Shown: piece by piece, positions 52,851 to 64,000 of the stretch
Layout of the letters: every line of letters starts with the position of its first letter
Position numbering within the stretch: the stretch's first letter is position 1
From: Hemiscyllium ocellatum
Lineage: Eukaryota
Reading direction: 5' to 3'
Assembly: GCF_020745735.1 (NCBI RefSeq)
Contig: NC_083449.1
Location: 10,638,923 to 10,702,922, forward strand
DNA: 64,000 nt
Translations under genes and position numbers: made by a program
The notes under the pieces: generated by a model
Told to the model about the DNA's origin: nothing
The model's input: only the letters and a program-made list of their open reading frames with translations
Databases searched by the model: none

Positions 52851-53679
52851 TTTTGTAATCTGTAAAAGGAAGACCTTCCAAATCGCGACTATTTCCATCT
52901 AAAAGGATAAAGGCAGCTTATGTCAGGGCACACCGCCTTGAAATCAGACAAGTTCCCCTCCAAGGTATTCACAATGCTGACTTGGAAATGAAACCACTTT
53001 CTTTCACTGTCACTGGATCAAAACCCTGGAACTTCTTATACACGGCATTGTGGGCAGCACATGGACAACGGCTGTTCCAGAAAGTGGCTCAACACCGCCT
53101 TCTCAAAGAGATGGAGAATAAATGGTAGGCTCAGCCAGCGGCAACCACGTTCCAGGAGTGAATAAACAAAAACAGCTAGCGTACAATACATCAGCATACC
53201 TAACACTAAAATCTGTCATCCACGACAAACTAAATCGTGTCCCAGAGATGTTATTGCACACCTCGTCTGACTTTTACACGGGCCTCCTGATCCAGAATTA
53301 ACCACTGACACTCTCTCCATCAGTTACTTTCTGCCTTCGTAAGAATGTTCCACTTATTCCATCTCTCTGTATGTTACTTTGGACAAAGAGTTAATATTTG
53401 TGGATGAGGGTCAACAGGATTAAATACCACAGTTAACATTCGATCTGACCATATGTTATCGAATGGGGGAGCACAGGGGATGGGCCGAGTGGCCGCCAGT
53501 TTCTCCGCTCCCTGATCAGATTGTGAGAGAGACGGAGGGAGGAGTTATTAACATGATCCGGGAGTGAGCTGCATTAAGAGCTTCATAAAGGGACAACATC
53601 CCAGCTTAAAACCTTCTCTGCCCTTTCCCCCACAACCCCAGTTCCTTTGGTTAAACTGGGAGAAAAGGAAATTGTGGAA

Positions 53680-53965
53680 ATGACCAATTGATGTTTGTTT
53701 CTGGGAATCATTGGTTAAAGCAGCGCATGCTCGATTCTGCTCCCATGACTATTGTTCCTCACTAAAGGAGCGCATGCATGAGCCCCGCCCCCAACGCTGC
53801 CATTGAGGAGCATTTACTCAGTGAGTGCAAGAGGTTTGTTTGAAACAGACCGCAATGGAGAGATCAGCGCCCAGGGAAGCGAGGGAACAGCAGGCTCCTT
53901 CCAGCAGCACATCGGGATGGGAGCCTGGGACACAGAGGGGGCTCCGAGACCGGGATTGATTCGGG
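53680..53965 (+). other. Candidate promoter + first exon, copy D of 4
   Basis: CCAAT at about 53685, GCGCATGC at about 53723 and 53770, CCCCGCCCC at about 53783. ATG at 53917; donor GTGAGT at 53966-53971. Confidence 0.55.
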
Positions 53966-54565
53966 GTGAGTTCAGGGAGAACTGGGGACTGTTTGTAAGA
54001 GGCCGAGCGGAGCAGGATCTGGTCCCGGAACTTGGAGTGAGCGGGCTGGGGGGAAGAGAGAGGCTTTCTCGGGCTGTGTGTGGACCTGCTGAGGGAGGCA
54101 GAGCGGGAAGCTGCTGCTGTGGGTTTTAATCCTGCTGTGGGACATTCTGTAGGTTTTAATCCCCTAAACACTGATGGGAGTTTATTGTTTGGCTTCTGTT
54201 TCACGCTGTTTGTTGCGAATAGACATTGAAACAAACAGTAGAAACAAATGTAATAACCCTGTGAAGGGTAAATATAGCAGGCACCGGGAAACGTCTCAAA
54301 GTACGTGAAATCGTGCCCAGTGTTCGTCTTTCAACAGGTGATGTATTGGGAGTTGGATATTGAACTGTGTAATCATTCCATTTGTGGAGCTGTGCATTTC
54401 TTGGTTAGTTTATTTTTATCTTAGTAAAATGTTTTTGAATTTTGAAAATAGAAAAAGACTAGGTGCTCAGGGCTCGAATGGAACCAGGATCTGCACTGTT
54501 CACCTTACCTTGTTCAAAAACAAAGAATTATAATATTGCATCAATCAGCTGCTAGTGATTTATAG

Positions 54566-54646
54566 GAGCTCTCTCTCTTGTCTTTCTCCAGGCAAATATT
54601 TGATGGATCAATCCAAGAGTGACCAGCTGCTTCTCACAATCAGCAG
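54566..54646 (+). other. Candidate internal exon, copy 4 of 5 (27 nt shorter)
   Basis: TGATTTATAG| and TCTTTCTCCAG| acceptors; CAG|GTATGT donor. The 55-nt form (54592-54646) reads (G)KYLMDQSKSDQLLLTIS(R). Confidence 0.5.
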
Positions 54647-56099
54647 GTATGTTACCACTGTCAGAGAGGAGAATGTCCTTTCCACTGTCAGATGCACATT
54701 GAGCTCCATTTCCAGAAGTACACATTCAATCCAAGAGTTAGACACAACTGACAATACATAAATCTATGTTATTTCACACTGTTCTCAATGCATACCACCT
54801 TAGTGATGGTAAATTCCATTATTCAAAGTCAATTATCAATCATAAGATTAGAGCAGGTTAGACTGTGTGCTTGTAATAAATATACATTTGAGCTGCATTA
54901 AATCCATGTGTAGAATAGGCATTTTTAAAGTTATAATCAATTATGCTGTTGCATTGTTATAACAAATATATATGAAGCAGATATTGAGTGCAGATATAGA
55001 AGCAAAGTTGGACATTGAGTAACTGAGCAAGACAAAATTATTCTTTTGATAAATAGTTGTCCTGGATAAAGACAATAATCAAACAATGTAAATTCCAAAT
55101 GTACCTCTTGGTCAAGCCTGATCGACAGAGGATTCTTCTAGAGAGGATGCTTAATGCTCATTCACACACGTGCTTACACATCTGTCTCTGTCTGTCTGTC
55201 TCAGCCTGGTGTTGATGAAAATACACTTTATCCACACTCCATTCTGGTTGAGGGCCTGAGTAATGCAGAAGCATTTCCACACTTTTAATGTATGAAACAC
55301 TGATTAATAAGACATTAAACCCACCTCAAAGTGCATCAGATCATGACATGCAGGACTGGAAACAAAAGGAGACATACAATGTCGGTGTGATATTGACCAG
55401 TACCACTTTTCAAAGTGATACAGATTGGCAGCACAACAGAAAACTCACTCACATTTAGCCAGTTAATGGTTAAAGGGAGAAAATGCAATTTAGGCCAACA
55501 AGTACTTCCAGATATGGACAGTCATAAATTGACTGACCAAATTATTAATCACTTCAGAAGATGTTAGTGTTAGATGTTACATGATTGCAGTGCCGAGCAG
55601 CAACTGACAAAGACTAGTACACAAAATGTAAAATTAAACCTGATATTTAGTACAGTAAAATTCAAATTCTTTGCAAAGGTAAGTATTGAACCAACATTCA
55701 TCCCTCAATCACACAGGTTTAGCGAACATTGAACTGGTTTATCCTACACGTTGTCTGAAAAAACACAACTGAACGTAAAAAGAGAATGGCATCCATATAC
55801 TCAACTCGTCACTGTTGCACACAGATCAAAAGCGGTACTATAGGTATTCAAAGGCCGATAACTGCAGAACTAATCTCAAATTGGCATTTACACTGAGACA
55901 CTGGCAGTGAGCGGATGAAGTTCAGAATGCCAAATAGTTAGTGCAAACTAGTACGAAGAACAAATAAAGAATAGAATATCCCGCTACAGACAACAGGCTA
56001 AATGTCCATACCAATTCTGAGTCATAAACTCGTATGCATTTTGTGATTTAAGGCCCAATCACAACACCCTAAGAACTGCTGTCACAGGTATACATCAAG

Positions 56100-56550
56100 T
56101 CCTTAACTCTCATATGGACACAACTGAAACTGACAGACATAGATTGATATCTGCTCTCTCATATTCACATTGCAGAAACTGCAAGGGAGAGAACAATAAT
56201 CATGCACACACACACATACGACAGGTACAAGTTGATAACTAGACTAACCCATTCTCATAGCAAAACCTGACAGGTACAGTATGATAAATAAATTTGCATA
56301 TTTATAAACAAAAAGCTGGTAGATACAAATTAGTAACTGCATTCTCAGATGCACAGAGCAGAATCTGACAGGGATAGGTTGGTTCATAACTGCATTCACT
56401 CACATATTTGCACAGATTATACTGATTGATAACTACAGTTTGATAATTACACTCAGATATTCACAGAGCAGCATTTAACAGGTACATCTTGATAATTGTT
56501 CTCACACATTCACTGAGGAGGAACTGACAGGTATGGATAGATAAGGAAAC
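56100..56550 (-). repeat. Block of the ~49-bp degenerate tandem repeat (smaller blocks also at about 27730-27900, 30690-30860 and 38200-38370)
   Basis: Repeated CAGAAACTGACAGGTACAGATTGATAACT-like units. Confidence 0.8.
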
Positions 56551-56773
56551 TGTCATACCCAGACACGCACTTGCACTAGATTATCCCATTTGTAGAGATG
56601 TTGGTTAGTATCTGGTTGTCAGTGAATTAGTCCAGATTTTTTTGATACAATCACAAAAGAGTAGCTCAGACCAAGAAAAAATCAGCCCTGTGGTCCTGTT
56701 GGAATTGCTGTCTTGAAGGAAAAACAGCCTAATGATTATTAAATTATTTCATTGACTTAATGTTGATTTACAG

Positions 56774-56881
56774 ATGATGTCTCTTCTGTCTTCCTCCAGA
56801 CAATTACTTGAAGGACGAAGACAATATGATATGTCCTCAGTACAAAGCCAAGTGTGATCAGTTCCTTCTAACAAACAGCAG
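56774..56881 (+). other. Candidate internal exon, copy 5 of 5
   Basis: TGATTTACAG| and CTTCCTCCAG| acceptors; CAG|GTATGT donor. The 82-nt form (56800-56881) reads (D)NYLKDEDNMICPQYKAKCDQFLLTNS(R). Confidence 0.5.
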
Positions 56882-57084
56882 GTATGTTACTGCAGTCAGA
56901 CTGAAGAACATCCTTTCCACAGTTAGAGCAGATTGAATTAGACACACGTTGACTCAGTTTCCAGAGAGAAATTTTCAAATCTAGAGTCAACTACCTTGGA
57001 GGAATTACATTTGTTTTTCCTCTCTCTCTCCATTCTTTATGTACATCAGCCCATTTGCCAATAATTGTTATACTTCACAGCCAT

Positions 57085-60000
57085 AGAGTTATAGAGGTGT
57101 ACAGCACAGAAACAGACCATTCAGTCTGATTCATCCATGCCAACCAGATATTCGAAAATAATCATGTTCCGTTTGACAGCACTAGTGCCATTTGCCAGCA
57201 CTTGGCCCATCTCCCTCTAAACCGTTCCTAATCATGTACGCTTCCAGATGCCTTTAAGTGTTGGAATTGTTCCAGACCCTACCACTTCCTCTGGCAGCTC
57301 ATTCCATACACACACCACCACCTGCATAGAAAAGTTTCCCCTTAGGGGCAAGATTTAAAAGGGACCTCTCACCCAAAACCTATGTCCTTCAGTTCTGGAC
57401 TCCCCACCCCTGGAAAAATACCTTGTCTATTTAGCCTATCCATGACCTCCTGATTTTATAATCTCTATTATGTCACCCTCTCAGCCTCCAACACTCCAGG
57501 GAAAACAGACCCAGCCTCTTCAGCCTGTCCCTTTCGCTCAAACACTCCAACCCTGGCAACAGTCTTGTAAATTCTTTCTGAATGTTTCAAGTTTCACAAC
57601 ATCCTTCCGATAGGAAGACAGGAATTGCACACAATATTTCAAAAGCGGCCGAAGCAATTACCTGTACAGCTGCAACATGACGTCTGAATCCCTATACTCC
57701 ATGCTCGGACCAATGAAAGGCAGCATACTAAATGACACCTTCATTATCCTATTGACCGGCGACTCCACTTTCAAAAGAACTATGAATCTGCACTCATCAT
57801 CTTTGTTCAACAATACTCCCCAGTTCCTTACTTTTAAGTGTATTACTCCTGCCTTGATTTGCCTTTCCAAAATGCAGCACCTCAAATTTATCCGAATTAA
57901 ACTCCATCTGCCACTGCTCAGCCCAGTGACCCATCTGATAACAATCCTGTTGTACTGAGGGAACGTTCTTTGCTGTCCACTACACTGCCAATTTTGGTGT
58001 CATCTGCAAACCTTTTATGTTTACATTCAAATCGTTCTTATAAATGGTGAAAAGCAGTGAACCCAGCACTGATCCTTGTGGCATACCACTGATCACAGGT
58101 CTCCAGTCTGAAAGGTAACCCTCCACCAGCACCCTCTGTCTTCCATGTTCAAGTCAACTCTGTCCAAATTGCTAGTTCTCCTCAATTTTCATGTGACCTA
58201 ACCTTGCAATCCAGTCTACAATGAGGAAACTTGTCAAACATCTTACTGAAGTCCATATAGATCCCGTCCACCACTCTACTCTCATCAATCATCAAGTCAA
58301 AGAGATGTACAGCATGGAAACAGACCATTCGGTACAACGTTCCATGCCGACCAGATATCCCAACCCAATCTAGTCCCATGTGCCAGCACCCGGCCTATAT
58401 CCCTTCAAACCCTTCCTATTCAGATACCCATTCAGATGATTTTTAAAAGTTGCAATTGTACTGGCCTCCACCACTTAGGTCTTTTCTATCTATTCCATCT
58501 TTCCCTAAACCTATTCCCTCTAGTTCTGGACTCCCCCATCCCAGGGAACATACCTCTTGTATTTATCCTAACCATGCCCCTCTTGATTTTATAAACCTCT
58601 AAGGTCACTCCTCAGCCTCTGACGCTGCAGGGAAAACTGCCCCAGCCTGTTCAGCCTCTCCTTCTAGCCTAAATCCTCCAATCCTGGCAACATCCTTGTT
58701 AATCTTTTGTGAACCCTTTCAAGTTTCACAGCATCCATCCGATAGGAAGGAGACCAGAACTGTACGCAATATTCCAACAGTGGCCTAGATTCTAGATTAG
58801 AGTGGTGCTGGAAAAGCACAGCAGTTCAGGCAGCATCCGAGGAGCAGTAAAATCATATTCCTGATGAAGGGCTTTTGTCAGAAACGTCGGTTTTGCCGCT
58901 CCTCGGATGCGGCCTGAACTACTGTGCTTTTCCAGCACCACTCTAATCTAGAATCTGGTTTCCAGCATCTGCAGTCATTGGTTAGGCCACTGTTGGGTAA
59001 AAACAATGTCCTGTACAGCTGCAACATGTACTCAAAACTCTGACCAATAATGGAAAGCATAACAAATGCCTTCAATATCCTATCATCCTGCAAGACTACT
59101 TTCAAGGAACTATGCACCTTCACTCCAAAGTCTGTCTGTTCAGCAACACTCCCTAGGAGCTTCACGTTAAGTACATAAGTCCTGCTAAAATTTGCTTTCG
59201 CAAAATACACCACCTCTCATTTATCTGAATTAAACTCCATCTGCCACTCCTCAGCCCATTAGCCCATTTGATCAAGATCCTGTTGTAATCGGAGGTAACC
59301 TTTTTTGCTGTCCACTACACTCCAATTTTTTTTTTACTTAGATTAGATTACTTACAGTGTGGAAACAGGCCCTTCGGCCCAACAAGTCCACACCGACCCG
59401 CCGAAGCGCAACCCACCCATACCCCTACATTATCCCTTACCCCTTACTACTATGGGCAATTTAGAATGGCCAGTTCACCTGAACCGCACATCTTTGGACT
59501 GTGGGAGGAAACCGGAGCACCCGGAGGAAACCCACGCAGACACGGGGAGAACGTGCAAACTCCACACAGTCAGTCGCCTGAGTCGGGAATTGAACCCGGG
59601 TCTCCAGGCGCTGTGAGGCAGCAGTGCTAACCACTGTGCCACCGTGCCGCCCACGGTGTCATCTACAAATTTACTTACTATACATCCTATGCTTACATCA
59701 GCATTCCCTCCACATTCCAGACTTGCCGTTCACCCTAACAGGAACAGACTTTCTCTGGACTGTTGTTATCTCATTTTTGAAGGTTTCCCATTTCAAGCCA
59801 TCTATTTAACTGTGAGCATCTGTCAATCAGCTTTTGAAAGTTCTTGCCTAATATTGTCAAGCCCATTGATATGTACAGCATTTTTCAAGGGGTTTTGACT
59901 GAATTCTTGTCTGAAATAGATGCCTGTATTTCATGAGATCTAAGCTTGCTAATCAGTCTCCCACGGGGAACCTTGTCGAACACCTTACTGAAGTCCATAT

Positions 60001-61195
60001 AGATCACATCAATTGCTCTGTCCTCATCAATCTTCTTTGTTACTTCTTCAAAATACTTAATCAAGTTTGTGAAACGTGATTTCCCATGCACAAAGCCATG
60101 TTGACTATCCCAAATCAGTCCTTGCCTTTCCAAATGCATGTACATCCTGTCCCTCAGGATTCCCTCCAACAACTTGCCCACCACAGAGGTCAGGCTCACT
60201 GGTCCATAGTTCCCTGGCTTGTCTTTACCGCCCTTCTTGAACAGTGGCACCACGTTTGCCAACCTCCAGTCTTCCAGCACGTCTGGATAAAGAACTGGTT
60301 GAGCAACAGGAGACACAGTAGTAGTTGAAGGGAGTTTCTTGAAAAAGGAGAAAGGTGACCAGTGGTGTTCCATAGGGATCAGTGCCAGAGCCACTGTTCG
60401 TATGATCAGCAAGTTTGCAGATTACACAAAGATTGGTGGAGTAGCAGAAAGTGAAAGGGGACTGTCAAAGAAAACAGGAGAATCTCAATTGACTGGAGAG
60501 TTGGGTGGAAAAGTGGCAGATGGAGTTCAATCCAGGCAAATGTGAGGTGATGCATTTTGGGAAGTCTAATTCTAGAGCGAATTATACAGTAAATGGAAGA
60601 GCCTTGGGAAAAGTTGATGAGCAGAGAGATCTGGGAGTTCAGGTTCATTGTACCCTGAAGGTTGCTGCACAGGTGGGTAAAGTGGTCAAGGCGGCATATG
60701 GTATGTTTACGTTCATCTGATTGGGTATTGAATATAAGAGCTGGCAGGTCATGTTAAAATTATACAAGACATTGGTTCGGCCACATTTAGAATACTGTGT
60801 CCAGTTCTGGTCGCTACATTACCAAAAGGATGTGGACGCTTTGGATAGGGTGCAGAGAAAGTTTACGAGGATTTTGCCTGGTACAGAAGGTGCTAGCTGT
60901 GAAGAGAAGCTGAGTCGGTTAGGATTGTTTTCATTAGAAAGTACGAGATTGAAGGGGGACCTGATTTGAGGTCTACAAAATCATGAAGGGTTTGACAGGG
61001 TAGATAGAAGCTTTTCCCCAGGGTGACACGTTCAAGGTGAGAGGTGAAAAGTTTAAGGGGGATATACGCAACAATTACTCAAAACAGAGGGTGGTAGATG
61101 CCTAAAATGCCTTGCCAGCAGAGGTAGTAGAGGCAGGCAGGTAGATTCATTTACGATGGCTTTGGACAGAGCAGAGTGTGGGATATAGGTAAAAC
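57085..61195. mobile_element. Nest of CR1 LINE fragments (minus about 57085-60280; plus about 60280-61195) with a minus-strand SINE at about 59336-59652
   Basis: IYMDFSK.FDK, QHGFVHGKS, KFAD.TK and YCVQFWS motifs on the respective strands; several LINE 3' ends. Confidence 0.88.
58788..58976. mobile_element. Penelope-terminus-derived fold-back element with a central hammerhead-like core (58861-58888, plus)
   Basis: About 65-bp inverted arms (GATTCTAGATTAGAGTGGTGCTGGAAAAGCAC...). Core CTGATGA-A-GGGC-TTTT-GTCA-GAAACGTC. Related to the end of the Penelope element at 50505-50580. Confidence 0.8.
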
Positions 61196-61197
61196 AG

Positions 61198-62493
61198 TGT
61201 GACTTCTGCAAGTATAATTGTGGATAATTGGGTACTAACTTTAATCCATAATTATTCTAGCAAATAATTTCTTTCATCATCATAGTTTAAATAACTTACA
61301 GTCTTAGCAAAATAGCTGAGATAGCCGAAACACATAAACTAGGCAAGAAAAGGCACATTGTTAAAATGTATATTCAAGAATGGAATGTACCTATGAACAA
61401 TGGAAGATGTTACAAGCAAACAGATAAAGTGAAAACAACAAAGATCCAAGTTTAGCAAAATCTCCCTTATGTCAGCACTTATAGAGGGGAGGGTCACCAA
61501 CTTGAAGAAGGGGAGAAGTAATAAAGAGCAGAGCGCAACTGGGTACTGATAGAACACAATAAGGGAGATTGATTGATAGATATGAAGACCTATGAGGTAA
61601 ACGGGGAGTACCAAAAATTAATACTGTATAAGTTGTAAAGCAGTCACTGAATGTGCGCGCCCACTGGTCGCCCCTTCTTGCAAGAAGGTTTCAATAAAAT
61701 TCGCTGCTTCAGATTTTGACTCAGACTGAAATTTATTATACCGTGAGTTTTATTTCTCACAATTTGGGGGCTTCGTCTGGGATGTCCTTTCGTGACCGGC
61801 AGGGTAAAGCACCGTCGAAGACTGGGAAGACGCCTCCCGTTCCTTTTAGAACGGTCCCGTGTTCCTCGGAGGTGAGTTCCCCCTTCTGGTTGACTGATAG
61901 ACTCTCCTGGGATCTCGATCTGAATCAGGCGACAGGGAGCCAGGCAACTCTGTGCACAGACCAAGGTAAGAAAATTGACTTTTAAGTACTGCCTTGGTGG
62001 CTGGGTTGAGTTCTAGTAGTTAATAAGGGACTAATGAAGGAACTCAATATGGGCTGTGCCAAGGGAAAAGAAAAAGCCTCCAGGAAAAAGAAAATGGAAT
62101 TGGAAGCGGGGTCCCTGACAACATACCTCCAGAAAGTCCATTGGGCAGGATGTTGTGGAATTGGAAAAATAATACTGTACAAGGGAAAAAGATAGGAAAA
62201 AGATGATTAAACATTGTTGCTTTGTATGCACTGAGGAATCCATTCTTCATCCTGCCATCTTTTGGCCAAAGTACAGATCAGATGAAGACTGGGTTTGTAA
62301 ATATCTGAATTTATGTCAATGAAAAACAGCCTTACAGTCAGGAGGAATCAGATTATACTTCGTGTCAGAAGGGCTAGTAGCTGAAGGACTACTGAGTGTA
62401 CACCTCATAACTAAATCATGGACAGACATCCAGAAAAAGATTCAAAAGATAAAGGAGTCATTGCAGGAAGCTCAAAGTGTCTGTGTGCGCGTA

Positions 62494-62526
<33 letters not shown>

Positions 62527-63830
62527 AAAGAAGAGCTGTACAGCTAACAAAGTTTAACCCTTTGTGATTCGGTTTGAATGCATATTTGTTTGTTGGTGAT
62601 TGAATGTTTGTGCTTTGTTCCTGGAGCTTGAGATCCGAGACTGTTTTGAATCGGATTTCTATTATGGAAATTAACATGATTTCTTTTGAGGTTAAGGATT
62701 TTACAGATTATGAAATAATGTTAACTCCTGTTCTTTTTACAAGTCATGACTACCTTACTATCAGTTTCTAACTAATCTCTTTTATCCTAACATAAAAGCG
62801 ATTTATGGAGGACAGTTGAAGTTTCAGTTCAACATTAGATTGTAGTAAAACAAATCCTATGGTTAATATGGATTCGGCCATTATTCATGCATTAAAGTAT
62901 TTTTTTTAACTTGAATAGACAAATCCTTTTAAGGCAGCTCCGGTTATTTCACGACCTATAGCATTGTAATTGAGCAATCACTGGTCAGCACAACTTACAG
63001 CTAATTTTATATTTAGATCGAGGGACCAAAATGGGGTAATTATAGTGGATTTCAAAGTTGGGAACTGTATGCATTTTACTTGTTCAGTATTTAATATTTT
63101 AAATGTAAGATTCCAAAATTTATAGTTAGAAACAGGCTTTAAAGTTAGACAAGCATAAATTGATAAATTGTAGTTGAAGTTGTAGGAAGCAGAGGCTCCT
63201 GGTACTTGAGGTTACAGGGGACAAGAAATATTGCAACGGTCTAAACAAAACATTGGGTAATGAGGAATGGCGATTAGGTGGCCCTAAAGCTGTTCAATTG
63301 GTTAAGTCTGCTCAGCAATTGATCTGGCAACTTAACATGAGAAGCAGAGACAGAAGGCAAAAATAATGATAGCCACGGTTGGTGAGGTAATAAAGAAACC
63401 GGAACGGTGGCGGGCAGCATGTTGAAAATAAAGGGAGGAGAAGAGATCGGGGAGGAAATGTTAAGGGGTGTGATAGACAGGAACAAGGATCAAAGTGGAA
63501 ATCCCCACAGCGGGATGTTATTATTGTGGAAAGGCAAGTCACTTTAGGAGAGTGTCCAGATCTGAAAAAGGAAGCAAAGGCAGTACCGTTTATGAACCTT
63601 GATGACAAATAGGGGTGTCAGGGGTTCCTGCCCCTGGAGACCCATCAGGAATCCTTGATAAATTTAAAGGTGAGACTTTATAAAGAGGATGTAGTTTTCC
63701 TAGTCGATACGGGGACAGTAAGGTCAACCTTAAATTTAAAGCCCAAGGCAGTGGGAATGAGAGTTAATTGGATTATGGCGACAGTTTTGTGATAAGGGAC
63801 ACGAAGCATCAGTTTTGCACTCATGAAAAG
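61198..63830 (+). mobile_element. Class I (gamma/epsilon-like) endogenous retrovirus, degraded 5' portion: LTR, PBS, gag, pro
   Basis: LTR-like segment with AATAAA at about 61693, ending in CA at 61761. PBS TGGGGGCTTCGTCTGGGAT (61765-61783) resembles the tRNA-Pro PBS. Donor AAG|GTAAG at about 61965. gag start MGCAKGK at 62049, then IPPESPLGRML and FWPKY.SDEDW. CYYCGKASHFRR knuckle at about 63517. TAG at 63610, then in-frame FLVDTG. The LTR 5' boundary is uncertain. Confidence 0.85.
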
Positions 63831-64000
63831 ATGCTGCCACCAAATTGGGGATTGAACCAACTGCAAATGATGCTATGAAAAATGAATGTGCTTGAGCAAA
63901 ACAATTACAGAAACAGAATGAGAAGTCACAAGTGACTGGTAAATGATCAGAACTGCGCAATTACAGTTTTTAAAATGTTTTCGTCACTTGTTGTGTTTTC

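Noticed and set aside
62478-62525. (GT)n/(GA)n microsatellite, and (CT)n at about 9297-9314
   Set aside because: Ordinary simple repeats.

Overview
Eukaryotic genomic DNA, almost certainly from a shark. This is inferred from HE1/V-SINE-type SINEs, CR1-clade LINEs, Penelope termini and the histone tail sequences. The window is part of a dispersed replication-dependent histone cluster with five intact genes: one H2B, two H1 and two H3.2, all with 3' stem-loops. No H2A or H4 is present. The two H1-H3 pairs lie in the arms of a ~37.6 kb imperfect palindrome (about 16640-31650 vs 37337-54215). This overlaps a second inverted duplication (about 11960-17090 vs 31355-35897). Each H1-H3 pair is flanked on both sides by outward-facing copies of an unannotated GC-rich promoter plus first exon (4 copies). 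A conserved downstream exon occurs in 5 copies, and a degenerate ~49-bp tandem repeat is always co-oriented with these units. This repeated spliced unit is the best candidate for an undescribed system; whether it is coding is unresolved. The rest is mostly transposon debris: CR1 LINEs, SINEs, a Penelope retroelement and Penelope-derived fold-backs with minimal hammerhead ribozyme cores, a Gypsy remnant, and the 5' part of a class I endogenous retrovirus. Repeat boundaries and divergence levels were estimated by eye and are approximate.
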